A stretch of DNA of 64,000 nucleotides from a virus (Duplodnaviria; Caudoviricetes), in the IMG/VR virus record IMGVR_UViG_3300031998_000010. One strand, written 5' to 3'. Of the stretch, positions 32,901 to 42,649 are shown piece by piece. The first letter of the stretch is position 1. Each line of letters begins with the position of its first letter. The notes beneath the pieces are model-generated. The model was not told the DNA's origin. It did not search any database and saw nothing but the letters and a program-made list of their open reading frames with translations. Made by a program: the position numbers and the translations under genes.

Positions 32901-33538
32901 TCATTAACTAATTCTTCAGGTATATCAATTACTATTTTCATTTTTATCATACCTCGTCATTGAAGCACCGCAATTAGGGCAAAAGTAATCAGGAATACAC
33001 AAACTGTGTTCAAAACCGCAATTTGAACATTTACGAATTGTATAAACCATTCCGACTGCACCTTGTTCTGTGCCTGTGATTACCCATTTGCCTTGCGGTC
33101 TTTCGAGTTCAACTGTTGGAGCGTCATCAATAAAACATTTAGGACATTCTAAAATTCCCTTTGCGTTCCAAGAATAGCCTGTTTCTTTTTCATATGTTTT
33201 AATTAGTTCATCTGCGTCAATATTTCTCATTTTGCTTTTTCTCCTCTCATATCTTTCATATCTAAATATTCACCAAGCCGTTTCGTAATATTTTTAAGAG
33301 TAGGCTCAATGCCTTCTTTATTCCGCAAAATTAGGACACCCAAATCCACTCATATCTTCACCTAAACAAATATTATTAGGTTCTTCTGCACTATGCTTAC
33401 ACCTATAACATTTACCTAACACAAACTCAGGACAATCATCAAGCCAATATGTTTCTGAACAATACCCGTCATGTCGCAAATCACAATTCGTGCAAGTATG
33501 TTTTATATTACTTAAATCATAACCCATTTTCTACATTC

Positions 33539-33856
33539 TCATTTCTTAGTATAATCATTTAACCACTTATCGAAATCTGGCTTTGATATTTTACTCTCTT
33601 CGAAAATACCTCCACATTCACCAACTACAGGAAGAATAAATTGTTTAGCCCAAGTTCTCATAGCTTTACCTGTAGGATTCAGAGTTCCGTCTGGGTTCAT
33701 TTCTTTACATTCTGCAACATCTTTGTCGTACATAATAGATGCTATAAAAGAATATAAATCTTCTCCTTCTTCAAATTCTCTATCTAAGTATGTCTGAAGT
33801 CTATCAAAGCGGGTTTCTAATGTTCTTAATAATTCTTTATTGTACATTTTTATCAC
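33539..33856 (-). CDS. Small protein resembling an isolated family-A DNA polymerase fingers segment
   Basis: DLYSFIASIMYD....EC.E..PDGTLNPTGK.MR..AK resembles the region preceding and including the PolA O-helix (RxxAK). Confidence 0.5.
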   Translation of the reverse strand: MIKMYNKELLRTLETRFDRLQTYLDREFEEGEDLYSFIASIMYDKDVAECKEMNPDGTLNPTGKAMRTWAKQFILPVVGECGGIFEESKISKPDFDKWLNDYTKK

Positions 33857-34520
33857 CCATCATTAACAATATCATCAATTTCATTCATATAATTGTCGCT
33901 CCAACCTTCCATATCATATCTCCACTTTTCAAGCAATTCTTTTATTTTTGCAATCTTTTCACTATCGGTCATTCTTTCTCACCTCTCAACCTAATTATCC
34001 AAACACCAAAAATAACAATAGCAGTTGTTATCGAACCTACTAAATCACCGATAAAATAACTCATTAAATCAAAATTCATTCTTTCTCACCTCTCACCATT
34101 GAAGCACCGCAATTCGGGCAAAAGTGTCTAAAACTGTCATAGCCGTACTGTATTTCGTGACATTTGTTACATTCTTGCCCGCTGCCTGTGTCTATCCACT
34201 CGCCTTGCGGTCTTGCATATAACTTCATAGCTGTTATAAAGCCTTGGTCATAGGCTTGATTTTTGGTTATATCAAATGTCGGGGCTTTGTCGATTAACCC
34301 GAAATCATCAACATCATTATCTATAAATGACCTTCTCAAAGCGTCTAAATCACCTAATCTCATTCTTCACCGCCTTTCTTTATTTCGATTAACGGACATT
34401 TACATTGTCTTTTTGTGGTCGTTATCCCTTCGTGAGTAAACAAACATTCATTCCAATATTTAGGGCGAACAACAAAAGGACATTCGACACAATTTTTAGG
34501 CATTGAAATATCAACTTGTA

Positions 34521-34943
34521 TCATTCCGCACCGCCTTTCTTATATGGTTCGGGTAATGGTTGCCAAGCGATAACGTGTAAATCATTCCTCATATGCTTAC
34601 CGCAATTATTAAAAGGAACGCACCACCAACCGTTTTTCTCACCCTCTCCAAAATATGAGGCTTGCATAACTTGATAAGTTTCGTGCCAATATGCCGTTAC
34701 AAGGACAAGTTTTCTATCTTTGGGCAATCTCTCACTAACAGGAATCCACTCGCCTTGCGGTCTTTTTAACACATTTTCAAGTTCCTGTTTGAAATCCTCA
34801 ATTTCTTCCTTGCTCGCATTTTCGGCAAAAACTGTTACTTGTGGTTCTGTCGGGGCATTGTCGATTTTTTCTAATATTCCTAAATCGTCTGAATATTCAC
34901 AATGAATAACCTTTTTCAATTCGTCTGCGTTAATTAGTCTCAT
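34521..34943 (-). CDS. DUF551-like domain protein fused to array modules
   Basis: WIPVSERLP...VIAWQPLPEPY. Confidence 0.7.
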   Translation of the reverse strand: MRLINADELKKVIHCEYSDDLGILEKIDNAPTEPQVTVFAENASKEEIEDFKQELENVLKRPQGEWIPVSERLPKDRKLVLVTAYWHETYQVMQASYFGEGEKNGWWCVPFNNCGKHMRNDLHVIAWQPLPEPYKKGGAE

Positions 34944-36338
34944 TATGATTCACCTCTCATATCTGCACCGCAATTCGGACAAAAGTTATCAGAGATTTTA
35001 TTGCCCTCTCTGTCAGTATTGCAGATGTACTCATTACACTTATTGCAACGAATATGGTGTCCGTCAATTATCCACTCGCCTTGCGGTCTTCCCAAATAAG
35101 TCAATCGCTTTTCAAGCAGTGCATTTGATTGATTCCAAACTTCTCTGCTTATATCTACTGTTGGAGCATTGTCGATAAGCCTTAAAATGTCATATCCTAA
35201 CTGATTGGCACTCATTTCGGTATAAGAACCATTTACCTTTGAAACTTCCTTTTTCAAAGCGTCTAAATCACCTAATCTCATTCTTCTTCACCTGCCATGC
35301 TAGATTTTAATTCAAAGTACCTATCAACAATAGCAATTATCTGTTCATCAGATAAATAGATTTCTTGCTCTTTAGGGTTATGAGAACAAGGTACAATTTC
35401 ATAACGCTCACCATTAAATAATTTCTCATAAGTAATAACTGGAATACCGATTTTAATATTCATTCTTTATTCTCCTTTATCCGCAGGAATTATTGTTGGT
35501 GCTTCATCAATATTAAGTTTGCAAGTCCACCCATACTCACAATTTTGACAAGTAAAATCATAATTTGGTGGGCAATCCATAACATTTTCTTTACACCGAT
35601 AAAATACTAATTTACTCCTGTCAATCAAATCTCCGTGTCCTTTTGGAAGAACTGTGCCTGTCACTATTGCACCAACAATAGATTTTTTATCGGGGTTAGG
35701 ATTATTTTCACAAAGCCACTTGAATTTTTCATCAGGTATATCAACTACAACTTTCATTCTTGATACATCTCCATATAAGCAACATTATCAAGATTTATAA
35801 TCTGCTCTTCAATCCCAACCCACTTTTCTTTCCTGCGTATAGCCTCTTTTATTATTTCTATATCGTCATAATCAGTAACTTCTAATACTCTATCACCAAT
35901 AAATTTGATTACAATTTTACTCATTTTTATTCTCCTATATCTGCTTCAATTACTGCTAGCATGCTTCCAATATTATCTTCAAGTATCCCATAATTCATCA
36001 TGTCAAGTACAGAATTACGGTCAATCAAATCTCCATGTCCTTTTGGGAGAACTGTTCCATCTGAAATCATTCTTAACAGCGTAGGAATATTTTGATTTGG
36101 TAATGGTTTATTTGTTTTAACAATATTTTTAATATCACCAAAAACTTCATCAGGTATATCAATTACTACCTTCATATTAAGAATCCTCGCCATTCATGTG
36201 TTCCAGAACAAGCCTATAACCTCTTACTTTTTGATTCAATAATTCAAACTTCTTGCAATTCGGGCTATTAGGAGGTAATTTCCATATTACTTCATCTAAT
36301 ACCATTTCTATTAAGAATAAATCTATTTCTGTGAAATT

Positions 36339-37336
36339 CATATCAATCTACCTCACCATTAAGTAACTTCCAATTCTCAGGAGTATCACCACAACTCTCA
36401 CTAAACGGACAATCTTGGCAAGAATAATGTTCTGAACAAAATACTTTAAGTATCTCTATTGCCTTATTTGCTTCTTCTGTGTTTACAGTCATATCAATCT
36501 ACCTCAATCTTCTCCTGTGCAAATCTCGTTCTTATCATTAAAGAACCATTCTCTTATCTTACAAGAATGTTTATAGTCAAATCCGTGTTTCTCAAATATC
36601 CCCTTCCGCTTTTCATAACGATACTCATAAGGCATCTTCTTCATCTCATACCAAGTGAATCCTATGTCTATCCTATAACCATCCTCTGTTTCCCAAGTTT
36701 CGCAATAGATGTTTTTACTATAATCTGTCATATCAATCCACCTCTAAATCTGCTTTCGTAATTTCAGCACTAAAATCTCTACCTAATGCTCTGTTCAAAA
36801 TATCACAATACGCTTCACTCATACCTTCAAATAATGTGGCTAAATGCTCATCCCTAAAGTGACCGTTAGCACCCCTATACTTATCTTTAAGCGTATCACA
36901 CTCTTTTATACTTATTTTACAATGCTTAATCAGTTCATCATTCGTCATATCAATCTACCTCACTTACAACTGTCGTCATTTTCAAGAGGGTCAAGTACAT
37001 CACAAGTATGATTATGCAAATATTTACACCCATAGCACCAGATATGGTTAGCAACATATTGCTTCTGATACAAATGCCAAATACGATTCTTGATTCGCTT
37101 AATTGTCCATTTAGGTTTCATATCAATCTACCTCAAACACTTCGAGTATTCTTCTGAAATACTTATCATTAGTGAATATATTTCTACTGTTACCCTTTTT
37201 GTATTCTTTTATAATCTGCTCTAATTCATTGTATCGTTGTAATTTAGTACAGATAATAGCTGCAGCTTTTAGATTAATTGGCTCTTCCGAAGTAAAGGGA
37301 GCTTCTATAATTTTATCTTCCATATCAATCTACCTC
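36339..37336 (-). repeat. Six 16-bp direct repeats (GAGGTAGATTGATATG) separating unrelated small genes
   Basis: Copies at 36339, 36490, 36729 (1 mismatch), 36946, 37119 and 37321; each carries RBS + TGA + ATG. Confidence 0.9.
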
Positions 37337-37535
37337 GAACAATACTGCAAAGCCTTCTTCATTAAGAATCTCTGAAATCATAATCATAGTATTGATAAGC
37401 TTTGAATTGACACATTCTATGCTTCTATCGTCACCGTGAACTCTGCTATCACGAGTGTAAATCATACATCTAGAATTATCTATCTGCGAAATTGTATAAG
37501 TTATTGCTCTATCTTCCATCTGATATTTTCTCCTT

Positions 37536-37739
37536 TCAGTTAAAGTCAAGAATGTCTTCTGACTTGGGATTAAGGTTTAACCAAACTACAACAACATTGT
37601 CTTTTGCTGTAAGTGAATCTACTCTTGCATCAACAGCTACATCAAAATCAATAGAATCTGGATTAAGAATCTTATGAGTAGATGAATCTCCAATCAGAAA
37701 ATCATCAAGTGAGGGAATCAAACTTCTTAGTGTAAGCAT
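37536..37739 (-). CDS. Hypothetical protein
   Basis: AGGAGG RBS, 67 aa. Confidence 0.5.
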   Translation of the reverse strand: MLTLRSLIPSLDDFLIGDSSTHKILNPDSIDFDVAVDARVDSLTAKDNVVVVWLNLNPKSEDILDFN

Positions 37740-37749
37740 ATGTGCCTCC

Positions 37750-38055
37750 TTATCTAATATCTAACTTATTGCTTGTTTTGACGGTCTGGAATTCGGATAA
37801 CTTGTCGCCAAGCATTTCCTTAATCTTATTGCTATCAAGCGAATGAGAAATTACTGTAATATAGGATACTTTGTAATCATCACCGAATACGATAAGAGAG
37901 TTATTATCCTTACCGCCGATTTCACCTTTGGCAAGTACATATTCAATGATATCGTGGTCAATATCCTTGATTCTGTCCTCAATCTTCTTCTTTGTAGCGG
38001 AGAGCTTTCTCCTCTTTGCGACTAACTTGTCGAATTCATCTTTGTTATTACACAT
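37750..38055 (-). CDS. Hypothetical coiled-coil protein
   Basis: AGGAGG RBS; AATCGTTA motif upstream. Confidence 0.6.
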   Translation of the reverse strand: MCNNKDEFDKLVAKRRKLSATKKKIEDRIKDIDHDIIEYVLAKGEIGGKDNNSLIVFGDDYKVSYITVISHSLDSNKIKEMLGDKLSEFQTVKTSNKLDIR

Positions 38056-38220
38056 GATAATTTCCTCCTTTTGGATTATTGATACTTTATCATTTATACT
38101 AACGATTCTTATTCTTCATCTCGCCAATAGGCGATTGTCATCTTAACGGCCTGAATGGTAAAGAGAATGAATGTAAACATGATGAGTAAATCTAAAGGTG
38201 ACATATTCTTACCTCCCTGA

Positions 38221-40380
38221 TTATGCGACCTTCCACTTGAGGAGGTCTTCTTTTCTTTCAACAATTCTATCTGAAAGAGCCTTCTTGCCTTCAACTATAT
38301 CGTGAACATCTTCATCATATGTGTTATAAGCTATGATTGTATGGATTGTGACTGCTGACTTTGTTCCGATTCTGTGAGCTCTATCGCAAGCCTGTTCCTT
38401 CGCACCGTTTGTCCAAGGCTCGTCTAAGAAAACAACTTCTGTTGCTGCCGTGAGCGTAAGTCCAACTCCTGCGGCGCCTGTTGTTGCGCAGAAAACTTTG
38501 ACTGAGTCATCTGTCTGGAATCTGTTGACGATTGCCTGACGGTCTGCATCAGGTGTCTCACCTGTGATGACGACAGGATTGAATCTCTTGAGTCTTTCAA
38601 TAGCAGGATTGATTCCCTGAATCCAATTGCTATATACGATGACCTTTGTGCCGGAGTAGACTGCTTCCTCTACTATCTGCTCAAGACGGTCGAGCTTCGG
38701 ATTGTTCTTGATGAAATTGAAAGGACCAATTCCACCTGAAACCTGACGAAGTCTCATCTTGATTGCAAGCATGCACTCTGTGTTAATGACATCTGAAAGC
38801 TCCGGGTCTTCAATTGCATCGTCGATAATCTGATTGTAGAGCTTTTTCTGCTCATCTGTGAGGTCGACGTATTCGTTCTTGTAAATCTTTTCGGGAAGGT
38901 CAAGAACTTCGCCCTTCGTTCTACGAATCATGATAGCACCTAACTGAGCTCTAAGCTGGTCAATGTTCTTGTAGCCTACTACGTTGCCCCATTCGTCATA
39001 TCTGCAGAAGTGATACTTAAACTGCTTGAATTCGTAGGGCTCATATCCTAACCACTTGAGGATTGAGTAAAGGTCTAACGGAGTATTGATTAAGGGTGTA
39101 CCTGTCATCGCGATGCGATAATAAGGCTGAAGCTGAACCAAGCCCTGACCCTGCTTGGTCTCAAGATTCTTACATCTATGAGATTCGTCTGCGGCTATCA
39201 TGTTGATTATACCTGAATCACAAAGCTCTTTAAGTTTTGCGGCTATCTCAGGGTTTCTAAGGGACTCAATATTTGTGATTATGAAATAATGAGAGTCAAT
39301 AGCAGAGCCTGTGCCTAACTCGTTGATGTCTGCAAGCTTATCGGCATTGCTACCGATGTAGGTCTTGCCGGAACGCCTCATCGTTCTCTGACCGAGGATA
39401 TAACCTGTCTCGTTGGAGTGCTTTGCAATCTCCTCAACCCAGTTCCACTTAAGAGAATTTACACAAGCGATGATAAGGCAGTGCTTGAAATTCTGAGCGT
39501 TCTTGCGAATAAGTGCAAGGTCAATAACTTCCTTTGTCTTGCCCAAGCCTTGGTCGTCTGCAAGAAGGAATCTGCTGTGCTCTAAGCCGAACTGAATGCC
39601 TTCCATCTGGTGGGTCATCGGTTCTGTCTTGAAGTTGAAACCTGCATCAACTTCAACGGCATCGGGAACGATTTCTTCGTTCTCGATAACCCAATTGAAG
39701 CTAGAAAGTGCGGACTTGAGTTCGTTCAACTCTCTGTACTCGATTTCCCATCTCTTGTTATCCGGGTCCCAGAATCTAGCTCTGAGAGCCTTGACAGAAG
39801 CAACTACTTCCTTATTGTAATCGAAAGTAAGGAAAACTGAGAAGTCATCTGTGCATCTGATAGGCTTATCAATCCTAGCAGTGATTGTGGCAACTGCCTT
39901 GGTCTCTGCTACTTCGACTTCGCCTTCTGCCTTCTTCTCGATGATGGTCGGAAGGTCTTCAAGAGAAACTATGTTCTCTTCGTCATCTTCGATGGACCTG
40001 ATGGCAGACTTTGCAATCCAGCCGGTCCAAGTTGTGTTGACTAACTTCTCGCGATAAGAAGCTACTGCTTCGTTGAGCTCTTCCTCTGTATCAAAAGGGC
40101 TGACGTAATTGTGGCCACCGCAGATAGGACCAATTCCGAAGAACTGAGAAATCTTGTTGGTGAGCGGTCTTCCGCATCCCATGCAAGTTGTGATAATCCT
40201 CTGCTTAATATCGCCGTGAAGCGTCATCTTAACCATCCCGCGAGTTTCAGCAAGCTTACCGCTAGTGTACATGACGACTAACGGCATCGGGATATCATCG
40301 TTGAACTTCTGCATAAAATCGAAACCATCAGAAGACTTAAGGGTCATCCAAGGCTTAACTTCTACTCTGTACTCTTTCAT
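38221..40380 (-). CDS. SNF2-family helicase with N-terminal Zn-binding (DUF6011-like) and HARP-like domains
   Basis: LADDQGLGKT (motif I), DESH (II), TGTP (III), GVGLTL (V), QACDRAHRIG (VI); CMGCGRPLT...GIGPIC. Confidence 0.9.
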   Translation of the reverse strand: MKEYRVEVKPWMTLKSSDGFDFMQKFNDDIPMPLVVMYTSGKLAETRGMVKMTLHGDIKQRIITTCMGCGRPLTNKISQFFGIGPICGGHNYVSPFDTEEELNEAVASYREKLVNTTWTGWIAKSAIRSIEDDEENIVSLEDLPTIIEKKAEGEVEVAETKAVATITARIDKPIRCTDDFSVFLTFDYNKEVVASVKALRARFWDPDNKRWEIEYRELNELKSALSSFNWVIENEEIVPDAVEVDAGFNFKTEPMTHQMEGIQFGLEHSRFLLADDQGLGKTKEVIDLALIRKNAQNFKHCLIIACVNSLKWNWVEEIAKHSNETGYILGQRTMRRSGKTYIGSNADKLADINELGTGSAIDSHYFIITNIESLRNPEIAAKLKELCDSGIINMIAADESHRCKNLETKQGQGLVQLQPYYRIAMTGTPLINTPLDLYSILKWLGYEPYEFKQFKYHFCRYDEWGNVVGYKNIDQLRAQLGAIMIRRTKGEVLDLPEKIYKNEYVDLTDEQKKLYNQIIDDAIEDPELSDVINTECMLAIKMRLRQVSGGIGPFNFIKNNPKLDRLEQIVEEAVYSGTKVIVYSNWIQGINPAIERLKRFNPVVITGETPDADRQAIVNRFQTDDSVKVFCATTGAAGVGLTLTAATEVVFLDEPWTNGAKEQACDRAHRIGTKSAVTIHTIIAYNTYDEDVHDIVEGKKALSDRIVERKEDLLKWKVA

Positions 40381-40524
40381 ATGCGACCTCCTGTCCTATG
40401 GGACTATTGATACTATGGGTCAAAATACCTATCGTGACATTATTATTATAATATAAAATAGAAGAAAAATAAAGATGTTGAAATAATTTCAAAATTGTAT
40501 ATGTAGATTATAAAATTGATTTTA

Positions 40525-40612
40525 TAAATTGAAACCGGCTACCCAATTCAGAAAGTAGCCGGTCGAGCCAAGGAGATTAACAACAATGGAAAATTCTGAT
40601 TGCTGCTATACT
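40525..40612 (-). ncRNA. Putative small RNA 2 (hairpin - antiSD - terminator)
   Basis: AATCGTTATA at 40616-40625, 5' hairpin, single-stranded AUCUCCUU, 9-bp GC-rich stem (40534-40563). Confidence 0.55.
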
Positions 40613-40635
40613 TCATATAACGATTCATATTTATC

Positions 40636-40725
40636 AAAAAAAATAAGAACCTCTTACGCCGCTCAATACGCAAGAGGTTCGAGGAAACGAGTATCATGCA
40701 CCTAATCTTAAGCATGACTTCTATT
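40636..40725 (-). ncRNA. Putative small RNA 1 (hairpin - antiSD - terminator)
   Basis: AATCGTTATA at 40729-40738, UCAUGC/GCAUGA hairpin, CUCGUUUCCUC, terminator stem 40647-40680 followed by a U-tract. Confidence 0.55.
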
Positions 40726-40739
40726 TACTATAACGATTT

Positions 40740-40943
40740 TTATTTACCTAAAAATTTATTCCAATCACAACCGCATTTGATAAATTTCTCAATGTCATCA
40801 AAGTATGAAAATGTATGATAACTTCGACCTGGAAGGTTTCTATCTGGAATAAGAAATGAAAGGCCTGATACAGATTCTATATCAGGCTCTACTGTTACAT
40901 CGTAACCTTTGTATTTGAAAGTATTTCGTTCTCTATCAGTCAT
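40740..40943 (-). CDS. Hypothetical protein
   Basis: Probable start MTDRER after a GAGAGG RBS. Confidence 0.55.
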   Translation of the reverse strand: MTDRERNTFKYKGYDVTVEPDIESVSGLSFLIPDRNLPGRSYHTFSYFDDIEKFIKCGCDWNKFLGK

Positions 40944-41016
40944 GTCATTATTTCCTCTCAATTTATTAATTATAATTAACAAATTTTACTATGAAACATT
41001 CATTAATCAATTTTGC

Positions 41017-42252
41017 TTAAGCTAAATTTACTTTAATTGGTTGTGACATTGCAACCGCTATCCCATTTGCATATGCATTTGGGAATACTTTCTTAAGAAT
41101 CTGTAAGCTGCCATTTACATCGGCGTTTATTAGATTGCCAGAATTTGTTCTAAACAAGCCTCGATGAATTCTACGACGCTTATCATAATTTGATTTAATT
41201 GGTTCTTCGGAGTCCAGAAAACTTGTTCCTGAAGTATAAGATTCTTCAGTTATTCTAACACCAATTCCTATCTCTCTTGACTTGTATTGAATTTGTTCAA
41301 TTAACATGTTAAATGGAATTTGAATAAAGTGTTGATTATTCTTTTTGCCCAATTCGCAATTTTGCTTCCATTCTTTATTATGCCCAATTACAATGCAGGT
41401 TACGTCATGCGCTTCAGCATAATTAACAATATACCGACTAGACTTATGAATATAATCTTTAATCCTAGCGTTTCGCTTATCTGTTAATTTTTGCTGACGA
41501 TTTGTCCAATAAAGGTTATTGATTCTTTTAGCTGCTTCTTTATAATGAGCTAGATTTTTATTGTAATATTGATTAATTGACTTAAGACCTTTACCGTTTA
41601 TTATAAATGGCTTTTCATTAAAATTATTTGTTACGGTTGCTAAGTTATCTACGCCTATATCAATACTTAAATATCTCCCATTATCTATTTTCTTTTCATC
41701 GGGAATTTCTATTCTATAGACCACCTCCGCTATAATTTTATTTTTCTTAGGTATAAATCTAATTTGCTGAATTGATTTGAAATTTTCCCTGTCTATACAG
41801 ACAGGACTTAAAGTAAACCCATCAAATGATTTAGGGAAATAAATGATGTTATCCTTTATTGTGATGGCTTGCCCTGTCACAATAAGGACCATTGCACAAA
41901 CCTTTTTCTTGTATCTAGGTAATCTAGGTCTACCTAGATATTTATTCTTATTATTTGACCAATCTTTAATTGATTTGAAAAAAGACCTCCAATTACTGTC
42001 TAACAGACGCAGTGTTTGCTGAGCTGATTGGGCATGAGGCATATTTCTATAATCAGGATATTCAATATCTTGTTTAAGTAATTTATCTAAATCTTGATAT
42101 TGAATATATTTTCCATTGTTAATGAATTCCTGACGTATAAGGTAATTTGCATGATTATATAAGTTCTTAGACATAACACAGAAATGCAAGAATAACGCAA
42201 AATTAGGATTATTTGAAGAAATAGGAATTTGTTCAACTCGTTCTATAATCAT
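41017..42252 (-). CDS. tnpB: RNA-guided endonuclease TnpB family protein (solo)
   Basis: SKNLYN, AQSAQQTL, PRLPRYKK, RuvC-I SIDIGVDN, IVIG, EESYTS, RuvC-III NADVNGS. Confidence 0.9.
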   Translation of the reverse strand: MIIERVEQIPISSNNPNFALFLHFCVMSKNLYNHANYLIRQEFINNGKYIQYQDLDKLLKQDIEYPDYRNMPHAQSAQQTLRLLDSNWRSFFKSIKDWSNNKNKYLGRPRLPRYKKKVCAMVLIVTGQAITIKDNIIYFPKSFDGFTLSPVCIDRENFKSIQQIRFIPKKNKIIAEVVYRIEIPDEKKIDNGRYLSIDIGVDNLATVTNNFNEKPFIINGKGLKSINQYYNKNLAHYKEAAKRINNLYWTNRQQKLTDKRNARIKDYIHKSSRYIVNYAEAHDVTCIVIGHNKEWKQNCELGKKNNQHFIQIPFNMLIEQIQYKSREIGIGVRITEESYTSGTSFLDSEEPIKSNYDKRRRIHRGLFRTNSGNLINADVNGSLQILKKVFPNAYANGIAVAMSQPIKVNLA

Positions 42253-42286
42253 TATCTATCCTCTTCAAATATTTCTTCGCTACCTA

Positions 42287-42649
42287 TCACTCATAATCTG
42301 CTTCAATAAGTTCGTCTAAACGATTTTGAGCATCTACGTCAGTATGCCAATCTTGATAAGAACCAACATAGTAGAAACCATCTGCTACTTCTACTGCTTC
42401 GTTGTTGTGACACATTCCCTCAAGGGCACCTAATACTGTATACAAATCAAATTCTTCTTGTCCTTCGTCGCATTCAGGGCATTCTTGTTTAAGTAATTCA
42501 GCTACACTAGCAAGACTGAATTCTTCTCCTGCGTCACAATGTGAAACTCTTTTTGAAATAACCCAACCATCGCATAAATCAGCAATGAATCTTCCGAAAA
42601 GGTCTCTTTCGTCTTTTCCAAAATACCAATGGTCAAAGAATGATGTCAT
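42287..42649 (-). CDS. Hypothetical acidic protein
   Basis: 120-aa ORF with ATGA coupling. Confidence 0.6.
   Translation of the reverse strand: MTSFFDHWYFGKDERDLFGRFIADLCDGWVISKRVSHCDAGEEFSLASVAELLKQECPECDEGQEEFDLYTVLGALEGMCHNNEAVEVADGFYYVGSYQDWHTDVDAQNRLDELIEADYE

Larger units (their letters stand above)
29537..36193 (-). repeat. Array of mosaic small paralogous genes (MRLxDxDxL / IDNAPT / RPQGEW / CxxC..FCPNCGAxMRG and VIDIPDE / VLPKGHGDL modules) joined by GATATGAGAGGTGATAAAGAATGA-type repeats
   Basis: ORFs at 30301, 30856, 31467, 31775, 32094, 32522, 32925, 34076, 34521, 34943, 35467 and 35927 share DNA-level modules; a 33-bp identical junction occurs at 30301 and 31775. Confidence 0.85.

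Noticed and set aside
36339-37336. CRISPR array
   Set aside because: Repeats are only 16 bp and consist of RBS/stop/start; the spacers are 135-223 bp coding genes; no cas genes in the window
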